From an uncultured Spirochaetaceae bacterium (GTDB lineage: Bacteria; Spirochaetota; Spirochaetia; Sphaerochaetales; Sphaerochaetaceae): 64,000 bases of DNA. Below the pieces are notes generated by a model that saw nothing but the letters and a program-made list of their open reading frames with translations, was not told the origin of the DNA and did not search any database. Positions within the stretch are counted from its first letter, which is position 1; every line of letters begins with the position of its first letter. The stretch lies in NCBI GenBank assembly GCA_944389295.1, contig CALXLV010000028.1, forward strand, positions 16,504-80,503, written 5' to 3'. The position numbers and the translations under genes are program-made. This document shows, piece after piece, positions 19,551-28,524 of the stretch.

Positions 19551-19583
19551 ATTTCTGCTAATTTTACAACAATTAGCAGAAAT
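19551..19583. repeat. 33-nt palindromic element, copy 2 (ATTTCTGCTAA-N11-TTAGCAGAAAT)
   Basis: Same arms as copy 1 (they extend to 12 bp here: ATTTCTGCTAAT/ATTAGCAGAAAT). It starts 26 nt after the fic stop. Confidence 0.9.
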
Positions 19584-19645
19584 TGCAGTAAACTAATAAA
19601 ACAATGAAGCCTGGGACGGGGTCGTATCCCAGACTTCAGTTTTGC

Positions 19646-20803
19646 TTATACGATGGTGAGCGGGAAATCAGCTTCCCAGGAATCACCGTCACGGTCTGTG
19701 GCAGTGATATGAAGCATATAGTCTCCCGGTTCTGTGCCGACAACCCTTATACCGTGCACCGTAACGGAATCTCCGGCATCGACACCCCTGATAGTACCGT
19801 TGCCGCTCAGGATGGAAAGCCCGTCACCGCTCTCGCAGTTTATCGTGACATTCCTGAGATCCTCGCTTCCGTTGTTGGCGATAGTGAAGGAAAGATCAGC
19901 CTGCGTGTTCACAGGAATGGCATCCAGCGAATAGTGCTTTGCTGAAAGGTCAAAAAGTTCAGCCATCTTCCACAGTGCCTCATAGATAGCGCCGTTGCCT
20001 TCAAGCGTGACCTCTGTCTCATCGGGTGCGATGTAGTCGCCTGTCGATCTGTCTACCCAGCCTGCGAATACATAACTGTCATCTGGTTCGCTCACTGCCG
20101 GAACCGCGATGGAATCGCCGGAAGCGATATCACCCACCGTTGACTCAAAGCCCGTGATCTCATCCTTGAATACAACCTGTGTTGTCCATATCGCATAGAG
20201 CGTCTGATCGGTATAAGGTGCCTCTATCGTTTCACCGGGCTGATAAGTAACCTCATCGGGAGTTACTCCCCATCCGGAAAGTACGCCGGCTGCGGATGTA
20301 TTTACTCTCACACTGTCACTGTCGGGAAGAGTGATCTCCTCTCCCGGAGTTACAGACTGCGATGAAGAGTACTTAAAGCTGTAATTGTCACCTGCTGATG
20401 ACCACTCATAGGAGATCATCGGATGATAATACCTGCTGTTCTCCATGAGCCACTTGGCATCTGCTGCTCTGTTATCCGAATCCTCGGAAAGTATAGCCTC
20501 AAGAAGAGCATCGCTCTGCTCCTTTGTGATGGAACGCGAAGAGATTGAGCGCATCTCACTCCATGCATCCCTTGCCTTGTCGATATTGCCAGCCTCAGCG
20601 GCCTTCTCATACCTTCTCTCCGCCTTCTGGTAATCTTTCTGGAGCTGTTCCTCCATATCCGTGTAATATTCAATAGCTCCCTGTGCGTCGCCGGCGCTCA
20701 CCGCATCTGAGAAGCTCTGATAGAGTTCTCCCGCATCTGCCGCTGCAAGCGTCAGGGAGGCAATCATCAGAACAGCGACTGCCGCTGTGATTCTTCTTTT
20801 CAT
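19646..20803 (-). CDS. Secreted protein with InlB-type B-repeats (Listeria-Bacteroides repeat) and a C-terminal CARDB-like domain
   Basis: Signal peptide MKRRITAAVAVLMIASLTLAAA. Repeats LSGWGVTPDEVTYQPGETIEAPYTDQTLYAIW and FAGWVDRSTGDYIAPDETEVTLEGNGAIYEALW. Confidence 0.65.
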   Translation of the reverse strand: MKRRITAAVAVLMIASLTLAAADAGELYQSFSDAVSAGDAQGAIEYYTDMEEQLQKDYQKAERRYEKAAEAGNIDKARDAWSEMRSISSRSITKEQSDALLEAILSEDSDNRAADAKWLMENSRYYHPMISYEWSSAGDNYSFKYSSSQSVTPGEEITLPDSDSVRVNTSAAGVLSGWGVTPDEVTYQPGETIEAPYTDQTLYAIWTTQVVFKDEITGFESTVGDIASGDSIAVPAVSEPDDSYVFAGWVDRSTGDYIAPDETEVTLEGNGAIYEALWKMAELFDLSAKHYSLDAIPVNTQADLSFTIANNGSEDLRNVTINCESGDGLSILSGNGTIRGVDAGDSVTVHGIRVVGTEPGDYMLHITATDRDGDSWEADFPLTIV

Positions 20804-20958
20804 TTCTTTTTCCTCCTGCGATAAATCTAACAGCAGAGCCGTGAAGATTGCTGATAGTATTCATGAATCTCATATGAAGAAAATACCAGTGCATGCGCTG
20901 ATTCTGCTCTTTTCCAGAGCAGGAGGAATTTATGCTACTATCAGCGGAGGAGCGCAAT

Positions 20959-21873
20959 ATGCCGCAGCATGTGAAAGTAGAGGAATACAATCCGGCATGG
21001 CCGGAGATTTACAGGAAAGAGAAGCAGCTTATCACTACAATCCTTGGCCGCAGCTGCATCGCAGTCTACCATATCGGAAGCACAGCCGTTCCCGGGCTTG
21101 CCGCAAAACCCATAATAGACATCATGGTCTCCGTCAGGAATCTTAAAGAAGCTGACGGTGCGGCAGAGGAATTCAGGAAAGCAGGATACGAGTGGCTCGG
21201 CGAATATGGCATCGCAGGGAGAAGATATCTCAGGAAAGGCGGGGATGAGAGAACGCATCAGATACATATCTTCCAGGCGAACGACAGGGCAAACATCGAG
21301 CGCCATCTAGCTTTCAGAAATTTCCTGAGAACTCATAAGGAGGCAAGGGAAAGATATGCAGTACTGAAAAAGGAGCTCGCCGTACGCTTTCCGTATGATA
21401 TTGAAAGCTACTGCTCTGGCAAGGATGAGCTGGTGAAGTCATTTGAGCGGGAAGCCCTGCTCTCATATGAGGCCTCATGGGACAGGCTTTTCACAGCAGC
21501 GGCAATGGCACGAAATGAGAGGAATGTCTCACCTTTCATTGAAGCCGGGGCTGTGTCCGCCGCACTTATGACAGACAGAGGAAATATATACTGCGGAGTC
21601 TGCATCGACACTGCCTGCTCACTCGGAATGTGCGCGGAGAGGAATGCAGTCGGAAGCATGATCACGGCGGGAGAGAACCATATAAGCAAGATTGCCGTTA
21701 TGATGAATGACGGCAGCCTTGGCAGTCCTTGCGGCGCATGCCGTGAGATGCTGATGCAGCTTGGGTGTCATGACATTGAAATACTGAAAGATCATGAGGC
21801 AGAAACATCCGGTAGACTTTTCACAGATACAGAGAAAGAGAACTGGTGGGGAAAGCAGGAATTCAATAAATAA
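20959..21873 (+). CDS. GrpB-domain / cytidine-deaminase-fold fusion protein
   Basis: The N-terminal half has the GrpB hallmark HIGSTAVPGLAAKPIIDIMV. The C-terminal half has the zinc-deaminase motifs CAERNAV and PCGACREML. The ATG at 20959 is preceded by GGAGGAG. Confidence 0.8.
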   Translation: MPQHVKVEEYNPAWPEIYRKEKQLITTILGRSCIAVYHIGSTAVPGLAAKPIIDIMVSVRNLKEADGAAEEFRKAGYEWLGEYGIAGRRYLRKGGDERTHQIHIFQANDRANIERHLAFRNFLRTHKEARERYAVLKKELAVRFPYDIESYCSGKDELVKSFEREALLSYEASWDRLFTAAAMARNERNVSPFIEAGAVSAALMTDRGNIYCGVCIDTACSLGMCAERNAVGSMITAGENHISKIAVMMNDGSLGSPCGACREMLMQLGCHDIEILKDHEAETSGRLFTDTEKENWWGKQEFNK

Positions 21874-21948
21874 TTGTAATGCCTGCACATTATTGAAACT
21901 GCTTCAGATGTCATCGAAACTTCATGCGCAAGAAGCAGATAAGTTATT

Positions 21949-21978
21949 AAAAAAAAGCCGTGGCAAGAATGCCACAGC
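21949..21978 (-). terminator. Rho-independent terminator of TTT operon 1
   Basis: On the minus strand: GCTGTGGCA-TTCT-TGCCACGGC followed by T8 (A-run at 21949-21956 on plus), 22 nt after the tctA stop. Confidence 0.75.
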
Positions 21979-21999
21979 CAATTGTATTCAGTTCCGAAT

Positions 22000-23502
22000 T
22001 CAGTTTGCTTTCTTATCTTTCATTTTAAGATAAAAATTCTTGATCAAAGGAGAGAAAGAAACAAGAAGTATCAGAACTATGAAAAACCAGCATATGCCGC
22101 CTCTGAAGAAAATCGAAGGATTTCCTCTTGTCATATCAAAAGACTGTCTGACGTACTGTTCAAGCATCGGAGCAAGCACGAATGTCAGCAACATCGGAGT
22201 TGTCGGAACATCTGCTAATTTCATCAGATAACCCAAAATTCCGCAGATAAGCATCAATACGACATCAAACATGGCATTGCTGTTAGCATACGATGCAATT
22301 ACGCACACAGCGATTATTATGGGAACAAGAACCTTCTTCGAAACTGAAATCGCACGAACAAGTATCGGAATACAGATGAACGCAAGTATAAGGCATATTA
22401 CATTGCCGATATACATGGAGGCGATAAGTGACCATACAAAATCCGGCTGTTCAGTAAAGAGAAGCGGTCCAGGCTGCAATCCCCACATCATGAGTCCGCC
22501 AAGGAGAACTGCGGTTGTCGCGCCTCCTGGAATGCCGAGCGTAAGAAGAGGGGCAAACGCGCCAGCTGCAGCCGCATTGTTTGAACTCTCCGGAGCTGCA
22601 ACTCCTATCATAGAGCCCGTACCTATCTCATCTCTGTGCTTGTTTATTCTTTTCTCAATTATATATGAGAGGAAAGCGCTGGTTGTAGCACCTGCACCAG
22701 GCATTACGCCGACGAATGTTCCAATAATTCCTTCGCGAATCGAAACTGGAAGCATCATCTTTATTTCCTTTCCTGTGGGAACACAGTCACGGATACGGAC
22801 TTTCGTTGCCACTGCGCCATCTTCGCCAGAGATTATCATGTCAATTACCTGCGAGAAGCCAAAGAAGCCTACGACAAGCGGTATGAACGAGACTCCGGAA
22901 AGGAGATTTATCTGACCAAAACTAAACCGTGTCTGACCCAATGCGGGATCAACACCTATTGTCGCAAACATCAAACCAATTGCAGTGGCAAGAAGACCAG
23001 CGGGAATATCATCCCCAAGAAGCCACCCAATTGAAGTAAGTGCAAAGAGAACCAGAAGCGCAAGTTCAGGAGCTCCGAATGCAAGCCCAGCTTCCGCAAG
23101 CAATGGCCCTGATATAGTAAGTATTATTATGCCTATGGTACCGCCAATAAAAGAAGATACGGTTGAAGCATTCAGCGCCTTCCCCGGTAGACCCTTCTGT
23201 GTGAGTTTATACCCATCAAGTGATGTAACTATGGCAGGAGAATCACCCGGGATATTCAAAAGTATGGCAGAAAACGCACCACCATACATAGTCGAATAAT
23301 ACAAACCAGCTAATGCGATTATCGCAGTAGTAGGATTCATTCCAAACGTAAGTGGCAGGAGTAAAGAAACACCTGTTATGCCGCCAAGACCAGGCATCGC
23401 ACCTATGATCAATCCTGCAACCGCGCCAAATATGGCTGCGGCCATGTTCTCCAAGCTGAAGGCTATGGCAAAGCCATGCATCAGCAGCGCTATATTTTCC
23501 AT
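22000..23502 (-). CDS. tctA: Tripartite tricarboxylate transporter large permease TctA (copy 1)
   Basis: 500-aa polytopic protein. Its N-terminus MENIALLMHGFAIAFSLENM...GAMPGLGG and internal GVMPGAGATTSAFLSY are typical of TctA. Paralogous to 36791-38311. Confidence 0.9.
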   Translation of the reverse strand: MENIALLMHGFAIAFSLENMAAAIFGAVAGLIIGAMPGLGGITGVSLLLPLTFGMNPTTAIIALAGLYYSTMYGGAFSAILLNIPGDSPAIVTSLDGYKLTQKGLPGKALNASTVSSFIGGTIGIIILTISGPLLAEAGLAFGAPELALLVLFALTSIGWLLGDDIPAGLLATAIGLMFATIGVDPALGQTRFSFGQINLLSGVSFIPLVVGFFGFSQVIDMIISGEDGAVATKVRIRDCVPTGKEIKMMLPVSIREGIIGTFVGVMPGAGATTSAFLSYIIEKRINKHRDEIGTGSMIGVAAPESSNNAAAAGAFAPLLTLGIPGGATTAVLLGGLMMWGLQPGPLLFTEQPDFVWSLIASMYIGNVICLILAFICIPILVRAISVSKKVLVPIIIAVCVIASYANSNAMFDVVLMLICGILGYLMKLADVPTTPMLLTFVLAPMLEQYVRQSFDMTRGNPSIFFRGGICWFFIVLILLVSFSPLIKNFYLKMKDKKAN

Positions 23503-23511
23503 ATGCCCCCC

Positions 23512-23937
23512 TTAAATTAGTTCAAACAGTCCCATCGGAAGCGGTACTGCAAGCCAAAGATCAAAAACAAGATAGAAGACAAGAGCTGTTCCGATGCCGA
23601 CAGCTGTCGACTTCAGCCAAGGTTCTTTTTCATAAAAGACCATCCACGCAATGATAAATACACCGAGTGATGGGATAAGACCTATTATATAGGAAGCAAT
23701 GATTATCCCTATCACACTTACGACCGGAAAGATCGATTTCACAGAGAAATCTGATTTTTTCTTGGTCCTGTAACGGCGCATGATCATGACAACACCGAAA
23801 ATGATTGCAAGTATTCCTGCTATAAGCGGGAACAGGCCGCCTCCGGGTCCATTAAGGACCCAGAGTCTGTAACCAAATGCCTTTACTGCCCAGTATAGTC
23901 CCATGAGGACCGACAGGCCAGGTAGAACATATCCCAT
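23512..23937 (-). CDS. tctB: TctB small permease (copy 1)
   Basis: 141 aa, 4 TM helices, with the GPGGGLFPLIAG motif. Located between tctC and tctA. Confidence 0.8.
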   Translation of the reverse strand: MGYVLPGLSVLMGLYWAVKAFGYRLWVLNGPGGGLFPLIAGILAIIFGVVMIMRRYRTKKKSDFSVKSIFPVVSVIGIIIASYIIGLIPSLGVFIIAWMVFYEKEPWLKSTAVGIGTALVFYLVFDLWLAVPLPMGLFELI

Positions 23938-23954
23938 AAGTACTCCTATATCAT

Positions 23955-24968
23955 TTAGTTAAGAAGATCAAAATATCCAACTTCCTCAAAGGTCTGCATT
24001 ACCTGCTCAACATGTTCGCGGGTAAATTCCATAGCTTCATCATGTGCCATGAATGCAGGCTGAAGATTATTAGCCTCAAGATATGTAGTCTTCCACTCAT
24101 CTGTCTCAACTATCTTCCTGCAGAGATCTTCATAGTACTGAAGAGCTGCCGGCGGCATATCTTTTGCACCGGAAAGGCCACGGAACTCACGATATGAGAT
24201 TTCGGGATATCCCAATTCTACAAAAGTCGGAGCATCTCCGAACAGATCACCGGAAATACGCTCAGGCGCAAATGTTACTACAGGCTTAAGAAGACCGCCG
24301 CGAACCTGTCCTATGCACTCACCAGGATTGAGGATGCCTACATCAACATGACCACCGAGAAGGGCACTTGCAACATCACCGGACGAATCATACTGAACAT
24401 AGTTCATGTCGATTCCAATATACTTTTTCATAAGTTCAAATCCAAGCTGACTTGTATTGCCCCTCTGATCTGATCCAAATTTAAGTTTACCGGGATTTGC
24501 CTTTGCATACTCAATAACATCATCAATTGTCGAGAACGGACCATCAGTCCTTACGCAAAGGGTGACATCATCCCAAGCCATGATCGCTATAATATCTGTA
24601 AGGTCATCCCACTGCTGTTCCCAACCATTTACAGCAGATACGATGATATTCCCTGAATGAAGTGAAAGTAATGTGTACGGATCACCCTTCTGAGAACCTA
24701 CATAATTATATCCGACCGCACAAGCTCCGCCAGGTCTGTTTTCAACTACCAGGTTTTTCTCAGCCAGATGATTCCTATTGGAAATATCAGCAATCATGCG
24801 AGCGGATATATCTGATCCGCCGCCCGGATTTGCCGGAACTATGATCCTGGCTTCCTTTGACATGTGGAAGGTTCCATCCTCGGCGATATCCGAGTTTCCC
24901 TGTGCCATAAGAGGCATCATTGAAATGAGTACTGCTGCAAGCAGAACCATCATCCTGATTCTCTTCAT
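23955..24968 (-). CDS. tctC: TctC/Bug-family periplasmic substrate-binding protein (copy 1)
   Basis: ATG at 24968 with AGGAGG 7 nt upstream. Signal peptide MKRIRMMVLLAAVLISMMPLMAQG. Motifs VPANPGGGSDISAR and VENRPGGA are typical of the family. Confidence 0.85.
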   Translation of the reverse strand: MKRIRMMVLLAAVLISMMPLMAQGNSDIAEDGTFHMSKEARIIVPANPGGGSDISARMIADISNRNHLAEKNLVVENRPGGACAVGYNYVGSQKGDPYTLLSLHSGNIIVSAVNGWEQQWDDLTDIIAIMAWDDVTLCVRTDGPFSTIDDVIEYAKANPGKLKFGSDQRGNTSQLGFELMKKYIGIDMNYVQYDSSGDVASALLGGHVDVGILNPGECIGQVRGGLLKPVVTFAPERISGDLFGDAPTFVELGYPEISYREFRGLSGAKDMPPAALQYYEDLCRKIVETDEWKTTYLEANNLQPAFMAHDEAMEFTREHVEQVMQTFEEVGYFDLLN

Positions 24969-24997
24969 ATAATCCTCCTTTTGGATTTTTTTCTGTT

Positions 24998-26392
24998 TCA
25001 CATACGATCTTGTTCAGCCCGGAGTTCCCATAGAATAGATTCCTCAGGCTGTTCAATCATCGAATATGTTATGAGCGTACCTTTGGGCACATCCGTCTTC
25101 AGGCGGCGCCCGTTCAGCATATGTGCCGGAACAGGAGCATCAGGAGAAATCGGAGAGGCTGGTACCATATGGGTAAGAAGTCTTTCATCATGATCATTAC
25201 CCATCAAATCACCGCGCTTCAAATCCACTGCCGCTTCCTGAACTATATCGTATGATTGTCTGTAACTGCTGTTGATGAGAGACAAGCCATATAGACCTGC
25301 AGAAACCAGAGTGGTCGCAGCTTCAACTCCACATAGATGGTACGGCTTATATACAAGAGCTACACTACCCTTTCTATTGGAGATACATCCCTTAGTATTT
25401 AGGATCATCTGCGAATAAGCGTTATCGGCTTTCACCACGATAAATACACCACCGCCAAGACCGGCTTCCCGTCTCTCGTGAATATTTGTAATAACTTCAA
25501 TAATACCGTCATCCGACAGAATCCCGCCATCATTCTTAGGAGCCAGAACTTCCGGGATTTCTGCTGTTCTGACAATTGCATCATGAAGAAGCTCTGTATC
25601 AGGTTTCAGTCCAAGTGCATTTGCGGCTATAACCATCTCGCAAAGGTCAAACCCTCCGCGCTTGTCAAGTTTATCAAGAATATGCTTTCGTTCCAGAATT
25701 CTGTTCGCAGCAGAATCATCAAGTTCCTCAACAAGTCTTACCTCATCAGAAGAAAGCTGCACTGTCTTTGTCTCTTTTATCGTTATTCCATTATCACAAT
25801 AAACAGTTACAGTGGCGTTATCCTTGTCATATATGAATTCTGCATCCCGGCTCTTTCCGCCGCACACAACATGAAGACCAAGACTTCTTGCCCATTCTGC
25901 TAATTCGATGAGAGCTCCATGCTGATCACCGTCTACAGGGGTGTAAACAACACCTTTCTCCTCCGCAAGTTTGAGAAGGACCGGCCCAACACAGGAATCT
26001 GTTTCTTTAGATACCATGACCACATTCTTCCCATTTTCGATTGCTGCCTTAGCGTGTTTTGCACCTGCCTCAGGGTTGCCGGTTCCCTCAACAATCGTAT
26101 CGATGGGAAGATCCATCAGCAGCATGGCATCGGCGACCGCAGCAAGGATACCGCTCTTCATAGCTGCAAGCACCTCATCACGCGATGAACAGAATCGTAT
26201 ATCATCATCACGGAGCCCTGCATTGCTGGCTGCTCTTCGTATAGCCTCTGCATTTCTGTCTGCAATTGCTGCGACATAAAGTTCTTTTATACGTAAAGAC
26301 TGAATTAAGACAGCTGTTCCAAAATGCCCTGTCCCAATAAGGGCTATAGATGTAATATCTTTTTTCTTTCCTTTCAAGTTGTGGTAGAACAT
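24998..26392 (-). CDS. NAD(P)-binding dehydrogenase with C-terminal SAF domain (COG4091-like 'homoserine dehydrogenase-like')
   Basis: Rossmann motif IALIGTGHFGT near the N-terminus and a SAF-like C-terminus (LNGRRLKTDVPKGTLITYSMIE). The start was moved to the ATG at 26392 (RBS AGGTG), because the ORF-track TTG at 26428 lies inside the sigma-54 promoter. Confidence 0.65.
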   Translation of the reverse strand: MFYHNLKGKKKDITSIALIGTGHFGTAVLIQSLRIKELYVAAIADRNAEAIRRAASNAGLRDDDIRFCSSRDEVLAAMKSGILAAVADAMLLMDLPIDTIVEGTGNPEAGAKHAKAAIENGKNVVMVSKETDSCVGPVLLKLAEEKGVVYTPVDGDQHGALIELAEWARSLGLHVVCGGKSRDAEFIYDKDNATVTVYCDNGITIKETKTVQLSSDEVRLVEELDDSAANRILERKHILDKLDKRGGFDLCEMVIAANALGLKPDTELLHDAIVRTAEIPEVLAPKNDGGILSDDGIIEVITNIHERREAGLGGGVFIVVKADNAYSQMILNTKGCISNRKGSVALVYKPYHLCGVEAATTLVSAGLYGLSLINSSYRQSYDIVQEAAVDLKRGDLMGNDHDERLLTHMVPASPISPDAPVPAHMLNGRRLKTDVPKGTLITYSMIEQPEESILWELRAEQDRM

Positions 26393-26421
26393 CTTCACCT
26401 CGCTTTTGTTGTACACAATAT

Positions 26422-26437
26422 TGCACAAACAATGCCA
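26422..26437 (-). promoter_or_regulatory. Sigma-54 (-24/-12) promoter of TTT operon 1
   Basis: The minus strand reads TGGCAT-TGTTT-GTGCA, with GG and GC spaced as in the consensus TGGCAC-N5-TTGCA. It lies about 30 nt upstream of the ATG at 26392 and immediately downstream of a sigma-54 activator gene. Confidence 0.65.
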
Positions 26438-26549
26438 ATTCCGTGAAGAGTTCGCTTTCTATAAAGCTAATTCAAATGGAATAATAAAATTGCATTTTCG
26501 ATATAAAATTTAAGATAAATAAATGCCTGCAACTAATGCAATGTGCCTA

Positions 26550-26565
26550 CAATGCATATGCATTG
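26550..26565. promoter_or_regulatory. Perfect 16-bp palindrome, candidate upstream activator site
   Basis: CAATGCATATGCATTG sits about 113 nt upstream of the -24 element. Further TGCAAT/ATTGCA half-sites occur at 26495-26545. Confidence 0.4.
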
Positions 26566-26567
26566 CA

Positions 26568-28439
26568 TTAACAAAGTCCATATTTCTTCATTCTGCGATA
26601 CAGGGTAGATGAATCAATACCAAGCTCCGCTGCAGTCTTTTTTCTAGAGCCCTCATGTGCGGCAAGAATCCTTGCAATCATTTCGGCCTCTGTTTCCTCT
26701 TTTTGAGGAATCTCCTCCACGTTTGATCCTAATGCTTTTATCACATCATCACGATCGGCAGTTTCCGAATCAGAGAAAACAGATAACCGTTCCGCAAAAT
26801 TCCTCAGTTCTCTGACATTTCCAGGCCATGTATGTCTCATAATTGGCCGGATAGCCTCCTTGCTAATGGAAATGACATGGCCGGAATGATTGGAAACCTC
26901 ACGTCTGAGGAAACTGGAGAGGAGTTCTGGAACATCTTCAATATGTTTACGCAGCGGAGGAACCACAAGCGAAAGCACATTCAAGCGGTAAAGCAAATCT
27001 GATCGGAATTTTCCTTCCGCAACAAGTTTTGCAAGATTACGGTTGGTTGCAGCTATTATTCTTACATCAATTGGAGTTATGCGGTCATTGCCAAGACGCA
27101 TGACTTCTTTCTCCTGAAGCACACGAAGCAATCTGGCCTGAAGAGGAAGAGGTATCTCTCCTATTTCATCAAGAAATATCGTTCCTTTATGTGCGAGTTC
27201 AAATAATCCTGCCTTGCCCCCAGAACGAGAACCGGTAAAGGCTCCCTCAACATAACCGAACAGTTCGGATTCAAGCAAATTCTCAGGAAGTGCTGCGCAA
27301 TTAACAGCCACAAAGGGACCTTTTGCCCGCCTGCTTGCCGAATGGATACTTTGAGCAAACAATTCCTTTCCCGCTCCTGTCTCTCCCTCAATAAGAACAT
27401 TGGCATCAGAAAGAGCCAGCCTCCTCGCCGTTTCTTTAGCCTCGCGCATTGCCTCGGACTTGCCTATGATGTCTTCAAAAGTGTATTTGGCAATAAAACC
27501 TTTGGACTTCAACCTATTTCTTATCTTGTCTTCAATGCGCTGGATGCTCTCAACAGGCTGGAATGTCATTACATATTCAGAAAAACTTCCAGATGAAGAG
27601 GGAAGCGGAATGAAATTAAGAGTGACATCACGACCGCCTATGTGGCATATTTCTCCCAAAACAGGCTGCGTTCCTTTCATAGCCGCATTTATGTCAAATC
27701 CTTCTATACACGGCTCTATACTCCGTCCGATCATCTCATGTCCAAGCAAACGCTCTGCATATTGGTTCAGCATCAAAACAGACATATTGCTGTCAACCGA
27801 AATGATCCCATCTGTCGTATATTCAAGAATTGCTTCAAACCTGTCACTGCGCTGACGTTCAGTCCTGTGTATCTGAACACTGCGCACAGCTTCATCTATA
27901 GCAAGCGATACCGATTCTTCACCTGTTTCTATCAGAATGCAGGGAAACCCCATTTCACCGGCGATTTCATATACGCTTCTTCCTCCAAGCACGACATCTG
28001 ATACTTCGCTTGTGCATATTGACTGAAGAAGATGTGAAAGAAAGGAAGGCTGCTCAATCGTATAGCTCAATATGGATATATCAGGGAAAACGGAACTGAT
28101 GGATTCGGCTCCATATGTCATTGAATATGTACCCACAATCGCAATACGTTTAGCATTAAATCTGATTCTAGCTTTATTAACAGCTGAAAGAACATCAAAT
28201 CCGCTGAGTTTGAATTCAATGCATGGAATAGAAAGAAACCCCTTTACAAGCTGCGCGGTAAAACCTCTGGCAACTATCACATCTGTAGATGACGGAATTT
28301 CATCTGGAGGAGGAAGCTCTCCTGTCTTTGTAGTGAGTATAAAAGACTCGATGAGACGGCGGTCAGGCCTCCCATCGAGGACTCTCTCTATGACTGATTT
28401 CAGCCCGTGATATGGGCAGAAAAATGTTATGCCGATCAC
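26568..28439 (-). CDS. Sigma-54-dependent transcriptional activator, PrpR-N / PAS / AAA+ / Fis-HTH architecture (copy 1)
   Basis: AAA+ core with [15 protein letters not shown], the GAFTGS-type loop [15 protein letters not shown], and a C-terminal [23 protein letters not shown]. The N-terminal approximately 190 aa are PrpR-like. Confidence 0.9.
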   Translation of the reverse strand: MIGITFFCPYHGLKSVIERVLDGRPDRRLIESFILTTKTGELPPPDEIPSSTDVIVARGFTAQLVKGFLSIPCIEFKLSGFDVLSAVNKARIRFNAKRIAIVGTYSMTYGAESISSVFPDISILSYTIEQPSFLSHLLQSICTSEVSDVVLGGRSVYEIAGEMGFPCILIETGEESVSLAIDEAVRSVQIHRTERQRSDRFEAILEYTTDGIISVDSNMSVLMLNQYAERLLGHEMIGRSIEPCIEGFDINAAMKGTQPVLGEICHIGGRDVTLNFIPLPSSSGSFSEYVMTFQPVESIQRIEDKIRNRLKSKGFIAKYTFEDIIGKSEAMREAKETARRLALSDANVLIEGETGAGKELFAQSIHSASRRAKGPFVAVNCAALPENLLESELFGYVEGAFTGSRSGGKAGLFELAHKGTIFLDEIGEIPLPLQARLLRVLQEKEVMRLGNDRITPIDVRIIAATNRNLAKLVAEGKFRSDLLYRLNVLSLVVPPLRKHIEDVPELLSSFLRREVSNHSGHVISISKEAIRPIMRHTWPGNVRELRNFAERLSVFSDSETADRDDVIKALGSNVEEIPQKEETEAEMIARILAAHEGSRKKTAAELGIDSSTLYRRMKKYGLC

Positions 28440-28485
28440 ACCAGATACTCTTTAATCACTAAAGATATGAACTGTCATATAGATA

Positions 28486-28508
28486 TTCCCGCATAGATGA
28501 TGCGGGAA
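28486..28508 (-). terminator. Hairpin downstream of the LarA operon (weak terminator)
   Basis: TTCCCGCAT-AGATG-ATGCGGGAA, a 9-bp stem. The minus-strand tail AATATCTAT is only moderately T-rich. Confidence 0.35.
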
Positions 28509-28524
28509 ATGAATAAGAAGAAGT

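Noticed and set aside
18215-19583. Idea that the fic flanking palindromes are integron attC sites
   Set aside because: There is no integrase and there are no neighbouring cassettes. The arms lack the GTTRRRY/RYYYAAC core sites, and 33 nt is shorter than typical attC sites.
19604-19945. 113-aa plus-strand ORF after fic
   Set aside because: It is antisense to the C-terminal domain of the InlB-repeat protein gene and has no RBS.
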